Positions 1 to 9,778 of a DNA stretch of 64,000 nt are shown piece by piece. The position numbers and the translations under genes are program-made. Below the pieces are notes generated by a model that was not told the DNA's origin, did not search any database, and saw only the letters and a list, made by a program, of their open reading frames with translations. Origin of the DNA: an uncultured bacterium (GTDB lineage: Bacteria > Krumholzibacteriota > Krumholzibacteriia > LZORAL124-64-63); assembly GCA_963727525.1 (NCBI GenBank), contig CAVSGO010000007.1, positions 1,376,001 to 1,440,000 of the forward strand, read 5' to 3'. Position 1 is the first letter of the stretch. Every line of letters starts with the position of its first letter.

Positions 1-1505
1 AGGTACTGGGCGCGCGCGAGCGGTCCCCAGCCGGCGAACCCGGCCGGCAACCCGGCCGCAAGCCGCGCCTCGGGCGCGCTCGCATGGAACCTGGCCACGG
101 CGTCCTCCGCGAGGAAGGTGGTCATCATGCCCGTGTTGTGCCAGCGCGGACGATGACTGAAGAAGGGCTCGTCGGGGTCGTCGAGGCCATGGCCGTAGAA
201 CTGGCTGAGGATCTGCGGCGACGATTGCGCGAGGTAGGGGTAGAGGCGCGTCAGCAGCCGCGCGCGCGCCTGCGAGCGCGGATCGCGGGCCCAGAATCGG
301 CGCACCTTCGTCTCGCGAAAGATGTTGTAGCCGGCGAAGACCTCGTCGGCCCCCTCGCCGGTAAGGACGACCTTGTAGCCCGCATCGTGCACGAGCTGCG
401 AAAGTACGTGCAGGGGCGCCGGCGCCGTGCGCAGGATCGGCATCTCCGCGTGCCAGACCACGTCGACCAGACGCTCCGCGATGGCATCGCCGTCCACGCG
501 CACGGAACGGTGGTCCGTTCCCAGATGCGCGGACATCGCGTGTTGCCACGGGCTCTCGTCGAAATCGCCGTCGACGAAGCCGACGGAGAACGTCTCGAGT
601 CGCCGATCGGTGGTGCTGTGAATGAGCGCGGCGGTGGCGGAGCTGTCGAGCCCGCCCGAGAGATAGGCACCCACCGGCACGTCGGCGCGCAGACGAATCA
701 CCGACGCCGCCTCCAGCGCGTCGCGCACCTGCCGCGCCATGGCGGCCCGCTCGACGCGATCCACGAAGCGACGATCCTCGTCCGCAGGCAGGAAGTCCGG
801 CGTCCAGTAGCGCCGCACAGCGAGGCAGGCCGGCAACGGCGCCGGACCGGCCGTGGTCTCGGGATCTGTCCCCCGGCAGGTCGCCACATGGCCCGGCGGC
901 AGCTGGGCCACGCCGGAGAAGACCGATGCAGGCGGCAGCGTCACCCAGTACGTGAAGACCTCGGCGAGTCGCGCCGGATCGAGCGTCCGCGCCAGGCCCG
1001 GCCAGGCGAGGATCGCCTTGACCTCGGAGCCGAAGAGGAGCACGTCGCCGTGTCGGGCCACGAACAGCGGCCTGATGCCGAAGCGGTCGCGCGCGAGGAA
1101 GAGGCACCGTTCCCGGCGGTCCCAGATGGCACAGGCGAACTGGCCGTTGAATCGATCGACGCAGCCCTCGCCCCATTCGGCGAAGGCCTGCACCAGCACC
1201 TCGGTGTCGCTGCGCGTGCGGAACACGCGGCCACGCGCGGCCAGCTCGTCGCGCAGCTCCGGGTAATTGAAGATCTCGCCGTTGAACGTCACCCAGTAGC
1301 GCTCGTCGGGCGTGCTCAGAGGCTGCTGGCCCCCAGCCAGGTCGATGATGCTCAGGCGGGCGTGACCGAGAAACGTCGTGTCGTCTCGCCAGGCCCCGAA
1401 CTCGTCGGGACCACGGTGACGCATCGCCCCGATCATCCGCTCGGGGGTGCCGGGCGCAAGCTCGAGGCGGCCACGCAGGGCCATCGCACCACAAATGCCA
1501 CACAT
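1..1505 (-). CDS. asnB: Asparagine synthase (glutamine-hydrolysing), partial; runs off the left edge
   Basis: Not in the ORF track. The minus strand from ATG at 1505 reads MCGICG...HRGPDEFG...HARLSIIDLAGGQQP...FNGEIFN...RDRFGIRP...YLSGGLDS...VVLTGEGADEVFAGY: an Ntn glutaminase domain plus a synthetase domain. Confidence 0.93.
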   Translation of the reverse strand, partial: MCGICGAMALRGRLELAPGTPERMIGAMRHRGPDEFGAWRDDTTFLGHARLSIIDLAGGQQPLSTPDERYWVTFNGEIFNYPELRDELAARGRVFRTRSDTEVLVQAFAEWGEGCVDRFNGQFACAIWDRRERCLFLARDRFGIRPLFVARHGDVLLFGSEVKAILAWPGLARTLDPARLAEVFTYWVTLPPASVFSGVAQLPPGHVATCRGTDPETTAGPAPLPACLAVRRYWTPDFLPADEDRRFVDRVERAAMARQVRDALEAASVIRLRADVPVGAYLSGGLDSSATAALIHSTTDRRLETFSVGFVDGDFDESPWQHAMSAHLGTDHRSVRVDGDAIAERLVDVVWHAEMPILRTAPAPLHVLSQLVHDAGYKVVLTGEGADEVFAGYNIFRETKVRRFWARDPRSQARARLLTRLYPYLAQSSPQILSQFYGHGLDDPDEPFFSHRPRWHNTGMMTTFLAEDAVARFHASAPEARLAAGLPAGFAGWGPLARAQY

Positions 1506-1675
1506 ACAGTTTCGCGCCTCCGGCGTCGTCGGGGTCGATTCACGATATCGGCAATCCAGGGGGCATCTGAAGCCCGGCCCGGGTGACGGATTCCGGCGTG
1601 TGTCGCGGGGAATCGTGGTCTATGCTAGAGGGATCCTGCTCGTCACCGTCGGACCAAGCCTCGGAGGTGAATCCC

Positions 1676-3742
1676 TTGCGCGCGTCGATCCTCGCTCTGC
1701 TACTCGCTCTCGTCGCGGCGCCGCCGCCGGCCATGGCGGCCGATATGCCGGCCCGCAACCACGATATCGTCCCGGAAGACTACCTCGATATCGCCACCTT
1801 GACCAGCCTCGCCGCGTCCCCTGACGGCACCCGCGCCGCCTGGACGGAAAGCCGCTGGGGCGAGGCCCGCGAGAATGACCTCTGGTTGCTCGACCGCCGG
1901 ACCAACGCGCCGGCGACCGTGCGCCGCCTCACCTTCGACGGCTTCGGCGGCAATGACCCGACGTGGTCGCCCGATGGTGCCTGGATCTACATGACCGGCA
2001 AGCAGACCCGCGCCGATGCCGACGCGCCACCTTACGACGGGACCACCCAGGTGTGGCGCATCGCTCCCGATGGAGGCCGGCTCGAACCGGTGACACGCGC
2101 CGCCGAAGGAGTGGGCCACTTCGTCCTTGCACCCAACGGCGCCACCCTCTACTACACCGTGGGGCACGAGGTCACGCAGGATCCCTGGCGTGAGATGAAG
2201 GAGACGTACAAGGACCTCGAGTACGGCAGCGGCGTGGATCACCTGGACGCCGTGGAGAGCCTGGACCTGACGAACTGGCGCGTGCACGAGTTGGCTCCCG
2301 CCAGCCGCTCGATCCGCGACCTCGCCGTATCGCCCGATGGGCGCCACCTGGCGTTGATCACCACGCCCTCCGCCGCCACGATCACCAGCGAGGGCTGGTC
2401 GCGCGTGGACCTGCTCGATGTCGCCACCGGCGACGTCACCGTGCTCACCGACGAGGGCTGGCGCGCCGACCATCCCTCGCCCTATGGCTGGCTCGATGAT
2501 CTGGCCTGGGCCCCTGATAGCCGCGCTCTCGCATTCACGATCAGCTACGACGGCTACCCCACCCGGATCTACGTCGGCGAACAGGTGGGCGACGGCTGGC
2601 CACTGCATGAGATCGTTCGCCACGACGAGGCCCACTATGACGGCGGGCTCTGCTGGCGCGGCAAGGACCGTGTGCTCTGCTGGCGCGGCGAACGCGATGC
2701 CTGTGTTCGGGTGCTGGCAACCGCCGGCGTGGAGATGGGTGGCCAGGGCCGCACGACGGCGCTCACGCCCGTGGACGTGGTGGCCGGGCCGTTCAGCTTC
2801 TCCCGGGATGGCCAGGTGCTGCTGGCGTCCCTGGCGACCACCAAGCGCCTGAACGACATCTACCTATGCGGAGCCAAGGGCTCGGACACCATGGAGTCGG
2901 CCACGGTGCTCACCGACCTCAATCCGCAGGTGGCCACCTGGAAGCTGCCGCAGATCTCGCGCATCACCTGGCAGGGCGGGGACGGCGACCCGTGCAGCGG
3001 CATCCTCGAGTTGCCGCCAGGTTACGATCGCAAGTCCGGCGGCCCCCTCCCCATGATCCTCGAGATCCACGGCGGGCCCACGGCGTCGACCCGCTACCGC
3101 CTGCGCCTATGGAGCTACGGCCGCGCCCTGATGCCGGCGAACGGCTACGCCCTGCTGAGCCCTAATTATCATGGATCAACAGGTTATGGCGATGCCTTCA
3201 TGGAAAAGCTCATCGGCCGCGAGAACGACATCGAGGTCCAGGATCTCCTGACGGGCGTCCATCACCTCATCGACACCGGCCTCGTGGATCCGCAGCGCGT
3301 GGGAGTGTCTGGCTGGAGCAATGGCGGCTACCTGACGAACTGCGTCATCGTGGCTGAACCCACCCTGTTCAAGGCTGCCAGCAGCGGCGCCGGCGTACTC
3401 GACATGGTGATCCAGTGGGGCACCGAGGACACGCCGGGCCATGTCATCAACTTCGCCGAGGGCCTGCCCTGGGAGGTGCCCGACCACTACCGGGCGTCGT
3501 CGCCGCTCTACCACCTCGACCGGGTTCAAACCCCCACCTTGATCCACGTGGGCGGGGCGGATCCCCGCGTGCCGCCAGCCCACAGCAAGGCCCTCTTTCG
3601 CGCCCTGCACAGGTATCTCGGCGTGCCGTGCGAACTCGTGATCTACCCCGGCGAACCGCACGGCCTGACGAAGGCGAAGAACCGCGTGGCCAAGATGACA
3701 TGGGACCTAGCCTGGTTCAAAAAATACCTGGCGGGAACTTAA
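1676..3742 (+). CDS. S9 family peptidase (dipeptidyl aminopeptidase/acylaminoacyl peptidase), secreted
   Basis: Signal peptide, PD40-like propeller repeats, IHGGP, nucleophile GWSNGG, DPRVP and GEPHG. The start is probably TTG 1676 (GGAGG upstream) or GTG 1667. Confidence 0.92.
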   Translation: MRASILALLLALVAAPPPAMAADMPARNHDIVPEDYLDIATLTSLAASPDGTRAAWTESRWGEARENDLWLLDRRTNAPATVRRLTFDGFGGNDPTWSPDGAWIYMTGKQTRADADAPPYDGTTQVWRIAPDGGRLEPVTRAAEGVGHFVLAPNGATLYYTVGHEVTQDPWREMKETYKDLEYGSGVDHLDAVESLDLTNWRVHELAPASRSIRDLAVSPDGRHLALITTPSAATITSEGWSRVDLLDVATGDVTVLTDEGWRADHPSPYGWLDDLAWAPDSRALAFTISYDGYPTRIYVGEQVGDGWPLHEIVRHDEAHYDGGLCWRGKDRVLCWRGERDACVRVLATAGVEMGGQGRTTALTPVDVVAGPFSFSRDGQVLLASLATTKRLNDIYLCGAKGSDTMESATVLTDLNPQVATWKLPQISRITWQGGDGDPCSGILELPPGYDRKSGGPLPMILEIHGGPTASTRYRLRLWSYGRALMPANGYALLSPNYHGSTGYGDAFMEKLIGRENDIEVQDLLTGVHHLIDTGLVDPQRVGVSGWSNGGYLTNCVIVAEPTLFKAASSGAGVLDMVIQWGTEDTPGHVINFAEGLPWEVPDHYRASSPLYHLDRVQTPTLIHVGGADPRVPPAHSKALFRALHRYLGVPCELVIYPGEPHGLTKAKNRVAKMTWDLAWFKKYLAGT

Positions 3743-3760
3743 AGATCCTACGATCGTTTC

Positions 3761-3795
3761 AAACGGGGTCGGTTCCCTACACCGATCCCGTTTTT
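3761..3795 (+). terminator. Intrinsic terminator after the S9 peptidase
   Basis: aaacggggtcggt/accgatcccgttt stem followed by a T-run. Confidence 0.7.
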
Positions 3796-3899
3796 GGAAC
3801 TGGAGGACCTTGCCAAAAGTGCGTTCCCATAGATTCTGCCGAGCCGCCCATCGCACCATCGCCGCCATCCAGACGCTCACAGGCCACCCTCGGCGCGCC

Positions 3900-4709
3900 A
3901 TGGTGCCTGTGGATGCAGACGAGGTGGTCGCCGGGATTGGTCGCGCGACAAGCAGCGACGACACCCAGGACACGCTCACCATTGCCACCTTCAATATCAA
4001 GTTCGGCCTGGCGGCGAGCCGCGCGGCACAGGAGCTGGCCGAGATGAGCCGGTTCCGACGCCCGGACCTCATCCTGCTCCAGGAGATGGATCCGGTGGGT
4101 ACGGCGCGCATCGCCGAAAGTCTGGGCTACCACTACGTCTACGCCCCCGCGGTGGTGCACTCGCGCCATGGCCGCCTTTTCGGTCAGGCCGTGCTCTCGC
4201 CCTGGCCGCTGCGCGACGTGAACATCGTCCCCCTGCCCCACAAGCATCCCTTGAACGGGCAGCGACGCATCGCGTTGATCGTCACCGCGGAGGTAGCGGG
4301 TCGCGAGGTGCGCGCGTGCAGCGTCCACACCGAGACGGCCCTGCTGCCGGCGTCCTGCCGACGCGAGCAGGTGGCCACGGCCCTCGCCGCCCTGGACGAC
4401 TGGCACGGCCCGGCGATCGTTGCCGGCGATTTCAATACCGTCACCCGCGCCAACGTGCTCGACCTGGCACGAGCAGGCAGGGTAGCGGGCTTCCACCGCC
4501 TCGGCGGCTACGGCCCCACGGTGGAGTGGCGCGCGGCCGGCCTGCGCCTGCGCCGCTTCGTGCTCGATCACGTCCTGCATCGGGGATTGCGCCCACACGC
4601 GGATACGGCGACGCCCGCCACCGCGGCGAGCGACCACCGTCCGGTATGGGCGACCTTTGATCTGCCGCCGCTGCTTCACGTCCAACCCGAGCTCGCGCAG
4701 GCCGTTTAA
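3900..4709 (+). CDS. Endonuclease/exonuclease/phosphatase (EEP) family protein
   Basis: TFNIK, LLQEM, AGDFN, LDH and SDHRP motifs. Start uncertain (3810-3900). Confidence 0.88.
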   Translation: MVPVDADEVVAGIGRATSSDDTQDTLTIATFNIKFGLAASRAAQELAEMSRFRRPDLILLQEMDPVGTARIAESLGYHYVYAPAVVHSRHGRLFGQAVLSPWPLRDVNIVPLPHKHPLNGQRRIALIVTAEVAGREVRACSVHTETALLPASCRREQVATALAALDDWHGPAIVAGDFNTVTRANVLDLARAGRVAGFHRLGGYGPTVEWRAAGLRLRRFVLDHVLHRGLRPHADTATPATAASDHRPVWATFDLPPLLHVQPELAQAV

Positions 4710-4710
4710 C

Positions 4711-5933
4711 GTGCCACGAAGAATGTTGACGGGTCCAGCGCTTGCCTGGGCCCGTCCTCATGAACACCAAAACCCTCACTTCATGCCCTACGCTTCCTCC
4801 CCACTGCCCCAACCCTAACTGCAAATACCACAAGCCTCAGCCGCAACCCTGGCCCTTCGCGCTCTTCGGCACCTTCTCCCGAAAATCCCCACCCTACACC
4901 GTCCAACGCTACCTCTGCCTGGCCTGCGGCAGGACCTGCTCAGACCAGACCTTCCGCACCACATACTGGCTCAAACGCGCCGATCTCCTGCCCAAGGTCC
5001 ACAAGCACGCCGTCTCAGGCGCCGCCAATCGCCAGATCGCCAGGCTCCTCGACACCTCGCCGACGACCGTCGACAACCTCCTCGCCCGCCTCGGCCGGCA
5101 CTGCATCCTCTTCCATCGACACCTGGTGTCCCAGGCGTCACCCTTCGTGGACATCGCCATCGACGGCCTCGTCACCTTCGAGCACTCCCAGTATTTCCCC
5201 TACGAGATCGTCGCGGCCGTCGATCGCCCCTCCAGCTTCATCATCCACTTCGCCGAGGCCGAGCGACGACGCAGCGGGGCGATGACCGACGAGCAGAAAT
5301 GGAAACGGTCCCTCTTTGAACAAAACTATGGCCGGCCGGACCCCAGGTCGTTGATGCGGGCGCTGCTCGAGGTGCTCTCGGTCTCGCTCGACGGCGCCAC
5401 CGAGGCCCACATCTGGAGCGACAAGCACAAGACCTATCCCTACGCGATCGCGAAGCTACGGTATTGCAAGGTGATCCACGAGACGATCGACTCCCGTCAG
5501 CCGCGGACGAGTCGCAACCCGTTGTTCGAGGTCAACTTGCTGGACATGTTGCTGCGGCATTGTCTGAAAGACCACACGCGGGAGACGATCGCGTTCGGAA
5601 AGCGACGCCAGCATTCGATCTACCGGCTGGCGATCTTCCTGGTGTGGCGCAACACGATCAAGTTGCGTCGGGAGAAGCGGTGCTGGAGCACGCCGGCGAT
5701 GCAGATCGGGATCGCCACGAAGCCCTTGACCGAGGAGGAGGTGTTGTCGCGGCGGCTGTTCGTGTCGCATATCGAGTTGCCGCCGTTGTGGGATGACTAC
5801 TACTGGCGACGGGTCGAGACGCGGCCATTGAAGGTGAACCGGAGGCACAAGCTGACGTACGCCGTGTAGTGAGAAAGTCGGGCCTAGCGGGCGAGATCCC
5901 GGTGCGAAGCCTCGTCAACATTCTTCTTGGCAC
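4711..5933 (+). mobile_element. Insertion sequence, IS1-like single-ORF type, with 21-bp terminal inverted repeats
   Basis: Left end 4711-4731 is GTGCCACGAAGAATGTTGACG. The reverse complement of 5913-5933 is GTGCCAAGAAGAATGTTGACG (1 mismatch). The repeats enclose the transposase. Confidence 0.85.
4760..5869 (+). CDS. Transposase (Zn finger + HTH + DDE-like domain; IS1-like)
   Basis: CPNPNC...QRYLCLACGRTCS zinc finger, an HTH (NRQIARLLDTSPTTV), acidic motifs AIDG, WSDKHKTY and FEVN, and RETIAFGK, which resembles the IS1 InsB RKTxxFSK motif. Confidence 0.8.
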   Translation: MNTKTLTSCPTLPPHCPNPNCKYHKPQPQPWPFALFGTFSRKSPPYTVQRYLCLACGRTCSDQTFRTTYWLKRADLLPKVHKHAVSGAANRQIARLLDTSPTTVDNLLARLGRHCILFHRHLVSQASPFVDIAIDGLVTFEHSQYFPYEIVAAVDRPSSFIIHFAEAERRRSGAMTDEQKWKRSLFEQNYGRPDPRSLMRALLEVLSVSLDGATEAHIWSDKHKTYPYAIAKLRYCKVIHETIDSRQPRTSRNPLFEVNLLDMLLRHCLKDHTRETIAFGKRRQHSIYRLAIFLVWRNTIKLRREKRCWSTPAMQIGIATKPLTEEEVLSRRLFVSHIELPPLWDDYYWRRVETRPLKVNRRHKLTYAV

Positions 5934-7092
5934 AAGTTGCGGCACGCCGCAGTCTTGCGATCGCCAGGTCGAGGGTTGCGCCGGTGCAGCCGAAGTTCAG
6001 CCGCACGAACCCCTCTCCCCGGAACTCGCGGCCGCAGTTCAGCCCCAGGCCGTGGGCCTCAAAGTGGGCGCAAGGATCGACGGCGCCCAGCCCCCGCGCA
6101 TCGATCCATGCCAGGTACGTCGCCTCCACGTGAGCCATGCGCAGCCCCGGCAGGCTCGCCACCGCATTCTCAAGCCGGTCGCGGTTGCGTCTCAGATGTA
6201 CGAGCTGGGCGGACAGCCAGTCCCCACCCTTCTCGTAAGCTGCGAAGGCCGCCATGTAACCAAGGGCATTCACGTGAGGTACGATCATGGCCATGGCCCG
6301 CGCGAATCGCCGCCGCATACTGTCGTCGGGGACCACCGCGAAGGCGCAGCCTAGGCCGGCCAGATTGTAGGTCTTGCTGGGCGCCATGAGGGTGACCGTG
6401 CGCGCGGCCACCTCCGGATCGAGGGTCGCCGTCGGCACGTGCGAGCGGTCGCCATCGAGGACGAGCTGATTGTGAATCTCGTCGGACACGATCACGAGGT
6501 CATGCCGGGCGCAGACGTCGGCCAGGCGCGCCAGCTCGTCTCGCGTCCATACGCGCCCGCACGGATTGTGCGGCGAGCAGAGCAGGAGCACCCGTGTCTG
6601 CGGCGTGATCGCCGCGGCCAGGGCGTCCCAATCCCAGCCCCAGCAGCCGTCCGGCGCCTGGACCAGCGCCGCCGTCTGGAGCTGCCGGTCCATCGCTGTG
6701 GGGCACGACAGGAAGGGCGGGTAGACTGGGGTGGTCGTCAGGACCGCCTCGCCGGCGGCCGCGAAGGCGCGGCAGCACACGCTCAGGCCGGTGACCAGTC
6801 CCGGCAGCCAGACGAGCCAGTCGGGCTCCACGCGCCAGCCAAAGTCCCGGTGCAGGTGGGCGAGTACCGCTTCGACCAGGCAGTCCGGCGGCAACCCGTA
6901 GCCGAAGACGCCGTGGTCCACCCGGGCCCGCAGTGCCTCGAGCACGGCGGGCGGCGCGGCGAAGTCGGTGTCGGCCACCCACATCGGCAAGACGTCGCGG
7001 CCGGCATAACGCCCCCATTTCAGGCTGTCGGTGCCCCGGCGCTCGATGGGCCGGTCGAAATCGAAGTGTTCGTGGGCGCCATCACCGTTCAT
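5884..7092 (-). CDS. PatB/MalY-family PLP-dependent cystathionine beta-lyase/aminotransferase; its C-terminus extends into the IS
   Basis: PMWVADTDF, CSPHNPCGRVW, SDEIH, APSKTYN, ATYLAW, FVRLNFG. ATG 7092 overlaps the upstream stop codon (ATGA). Confidence 0.92.
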   Translation of the reverse strand: MNGDGAHEHFDFDRPIERRGTDSLKWGRYAGRDVLPMWVADTDFAAPPAVLEALRARVDHGVFGYGLPPDCLVEAVLAHLHRDFGWRVEPDWLVWLPGLVTGLSVCCRAFAAAGEAVLTTTPVYPPFLSCPTAMDRQLQTAALVQAPDGCWGWDWDALAAAITPQTRVLLLCSPHNPCGRVWTRDELARLADVCARHDLVIVSDEIHNQLVLDGDRSHVPTATLDPEVAARTVTLMAPSKTYNLAGLGCAFAVVPDDSMRRRFARAMAMIVPHVNALGYMAAFAAYEKGGDWLSAQLVHLRRNRDRLENAVASLPGLRMAHVEATYLAWIDARGLGAVDPCAHFEAHGLGLNCGREFRGEGFVRLNFGCTGATLDLAIARLRRAATCAKKNVDEASHRDLAR

Positions 7093-7586
7093 GCGCGACC
7101 GAGCTCCTCGAGCCGCGCCGCCACCGCTGTCACCGCCGCATCGGGCGTGGGCGCGAGGATCCAGCGGCCCGGTCCACAGGCATCGAGGAAAGCCGCGCCG
7201 GGGTCGAAGTCGAGCAAGACGACGGTGCGCGCGAAGCGAAGAGCGATGGCGATCTCGCTGAGCGTGCCGCCGGTGCCGCGGCAAGCCACCACGACATCGC
7301 TGGCCAGTACGTTGATGACGTTGCGTCCGGCCCCCATGCCGGTGGGGATGACGATGTCCAGGTCGGGGCTGGCGGCGTCATGCGCATCGTCGAAGAGCAC
7401 GCCGACGGTGAGCCCGCCCGCCTCGCGCGCGCCCTGGGCCGAAGCCCCCATCACGCCCGTGGGGCGGCCGCCGTTGAGCAGCACCCAGCCACGCTCGGCG
7501 ATGAGGCGGCCAAGCTGGTACGCGAGGTCGGTGGTGCGCGCATCGGCCTCGGTGCCGCCCATCACGCCGATGATCGTGCGTCGCAT
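7089..7586 (-). CDS. TIGR00725 / LOG-like Rossmann-fold nucleotide-binding protein
   Basis: IGVMGG, NGG..GVM.A.A.GA, TGMGAGRN, GTGGTLSE. Confidence 0.85.
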   Translation of the reverse strand: MRRTIIGVMGGTEADARTTDLAYQLGRLIAERGWVLLNGGRPTGVMGASAQGAREAGGLTVGVLFDDAHDAASPDLDIVIPTGMGAGRNVINVLASDVVVACRGTGGTLSEIAIALRFARTVVLLDFDPGAAFLDACGPGRWILAPTPDAAVTAVAARLEELGRA

Positions 7587-7619
7587 TTCCGATGTCTCCT
7601 CTGTCTCGGCTCCCGCAAC

Positions 7620-8357
7620 CTATCCGTCCCCGGCGGATGCCCCGATCTCGGGAATGGCTGCCTCGATCCGCGACGTGTCGACCGTGGGCTGGAACGTGGG
7701 CGTCGTCCTGAACTCGAACTCGGCATGGTGTCGGCCCAGGCTCTGCGCGAGCGATGTGAGCGTGCGGCGTGCCGAGGCCTGCGCCGCAGCCGTCGCCTTG
7801 CCCACGAGCGAGCCGGCGAAGCGCGTGGCCTCCTGACGCGTCTCCTGGATGAGCTTGTTCTTCGCCTCCACCGAGAAGCCGCCCGTGAAGAACCGATTGA
7901 CCATCTCGGGCATCAGCCAGGGCAGCAGTTCGGTATTGTCTTCGCTGTGCACGCGCATGTCGCGGATGAGCACCTCGTGGCGGCACGGCGGCAGCACGAA
8001 GCGCACGGCATCGGCACCGCGCTGCTGGATCTGGAACGTGGGGTCGGTGAGGTCGTAGCGGAAGTCGACGTCGAACTCGATGATCAACGTGATCCGGCGC
8101 GACGACAGCAGCCAGTGCAGGTACTTCTTGCCGAACTCGCCCAGCCAGTGGTCGCTCGCGGTGATGACCTCCTTGGTCATCACGCGAAATACCGACAGCT
8201 CGCCGACGGCCCGCATCGAGGTGATGAAATGTTCGATGCTGACCACCTGCGGCGCACGCGACCCACGGCGGCGCCCACGGCGCGCCAGGCGCCAGGTGAG
8301 CAACGTCGCCAGGGCCAGAAGTACCCCCCCGCCAAAACCGATCAGGAGATTCGACAC
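7620..8357 (-). CDS. DUF4230-like protein with an N-terminal membrane anchor
   Basis: N-terminal TM helix, then GELSV...FRYDL...LPP pattern and a C-terminal helix. GTG start preceded by GGAG. Confidence 0.65.
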   Translation of the reverse strand: MSNLLIGFGGGVLLALATLLTWRLARRGRRRGSRAPQVVSIEHFITSMRAVGELSVFRVMTKEVITASDHWLGEFGKKYLHWLLSSRRITLIIEFDVDFRYDLTDPTFQIQQRGADAVRFVLPPCRHEVLIRDMRVHSEDNTELLPWLMPEMVNRFFTGGFSVEAKNKLIQETRQEATRFAGSLVGKATAAAQASARRTLTSLAQSLGRHHAEFEFRTTPTFQPTVDTSRIEAAIPEIGASAGDG

Positions 8358-8467
8358 ACCGGCACTCCTCGGGACCATACCGGGGCGCACCCGTCGCGCA
8401 CCGGCCGCTCCCAGGATGGCATCGCGGGGGCCAGGGCGCAAGCGGAGGCCAGCATGGGCCGACGGCG

Positions 8468-9700
8468 CTAGACCGTCACGAGCGACGCCAGACGCTGAAT
8501 ATCGGCGCGGGAGAAAACGTACGGCAGTTCAGGCAGATCGGCGAGCAGCTCGGGCGGCCACGTCGGCACATCCGCGGTGCGCAGGGCAGCCGTGACGATG
8601 GGCTGCTGGCGTAGAAAGGCGAGCAAGCGCGCGAGCTGCTCCCGCGTCACGCCGCTGGGATCCAGCACGACCAGCTTCACGTGGCGCGCGCTCTGTTCGC
8701 GTCCAAAGAAGTCGCGCGCCGGATACTGGGTATGTCCGAAGTGCTCGAGCAGACCACCCACCCAGCGCTGAGTCTCGGGGTCGGTCGAGACGAGCACCAC
8801 CGGAAACGCATCGTCGTTCGCGGACCTGGCCTGCCCGATCGTGCCGTCTTCGTCGGCGATCTGCAGGAAGATCCTCATCTCGTCGATCTTGGCGTGCATC
8901 CGGTTAAGAGCGCCACGGAGCTGGTCCGGCTCCAGGCACCACAGCCGCAGCAAGCGGCTCACCGCGTTCTCGCTCGCGGGGCGCTCGAATGCACCGCCAT
9001 GGATGCAAGCCAGTACGTCGCCGAGGGCCACCAGCGTGGTCAGCGGTTGCTCGCGGCTCGCCGTGATCCGCAGCGAGTGATGGTAGCGCGCAGCGTCCTG
9101 GAGGGCCGCCGGAAGCTGCCAGAATTCCATCAGTTTCTGCCCCACCTGGGCGTGGCTCATGCCGAGGGCCACCTTCTCGGCCAGGAGGGGATCATCGGCG
9201 TCACCGCTGGCCTCGCAGGCCTGCGTGTAGGCGCCGGGTGCCGCACTGGCCAGGATGAGGTGACCGATGTCGTGCATGAGACCCGCGATGAAGGCCTCCT
9301 CGGGATCGTGGCGCAGGCAGTCGGTCATCTCGGCCAGGGCCTGCGCGCCGGCTCCGGTGGCCAGGGCGTGGTCCCAGAAGTCGGACATCGCGCGGCCGCC
9401 GCCCAGCTTCTTGAGCGCCGAAACCATGCCGAAACCCATGGCCACGTTGCGCACGCCGCTGAAGCCGAGCACGACCACGGCACGCGTGATCGTCGAGATC
9501 TCGCCGGTCAGACCGTAGAAGGGACTGTTGACGAGCTTGAGCACCTTGCCCGCCAGGGCCTGGTCGCTGGACAGCACCCTGGTCACATCGTCCGCGGAAC
9601 TGTCCTCGTCGTTCATCACCGAGAGCAGCTTCGACACAACGATCGGCAACGGCGGCAGCGTGCGCATCGCCGTCATCACCTTGGCCTTGATATTGGACAC
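8468..9700 (-). CDS. HDOD domain signalling protein with a C-terminal extension
   Basis: LPPLP, DQALAGKVLKLVNSPFYG, AGLMHDIG, HAQVG..LMEFWQLP and YHH motifs. Confidence 0.88.
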   Translation of the reverse strand: MSNIKAKVMTAMRTLPPLPIVVSKLLSVMNDEDSSADDVTRVLSSDQALAGKVLKLVNSPFYGLTGEISTITRAVVVLGFSGVRNVAMGFGMVSALKKLGGGRAMSDFWDHALATGAGAQALAEMTDCLRHDPEEAFIAGLMHDIGHLILASAAPGAYTQACEASGDADDPLLAEKVALGMSHAQVGQKLMEFWQLPAALQDAARYHHSLRITASREQPLTTLVALGDVLACIHGGAFERPASENAVSRLLRLWCLEPDQLRGALNRMHAKIDEMRIFLQIADEDGTIGQARSANDDAFPVVLVSTDPETQRWVGGLLEHFGHTQYPARDFFGREQSARHVKLVVLDPSGVTREQLARLLAFLRQQPIVTAALRTADVPTWPPELLADLPELPYVFSRADIQRLASLVTV

Positions 9701-9778
9701 GGCCGGCCTCCGGGCGCGGGTCAGGCTTGAAGGATCCGTAGGGCTATCGGCCGGCGGCAGTGGGACTTGAGCCGCGCC

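Noticed and set aside
84-1586. 500-aa plus-strand ORF, and similar long ORFs such as 20588-22492, 32899-35133, 41657-43828 and 58635-60515
   Set aside because: Antisense shadows of well-supported genes, expected in high-GC DNA; no motifs of their own.
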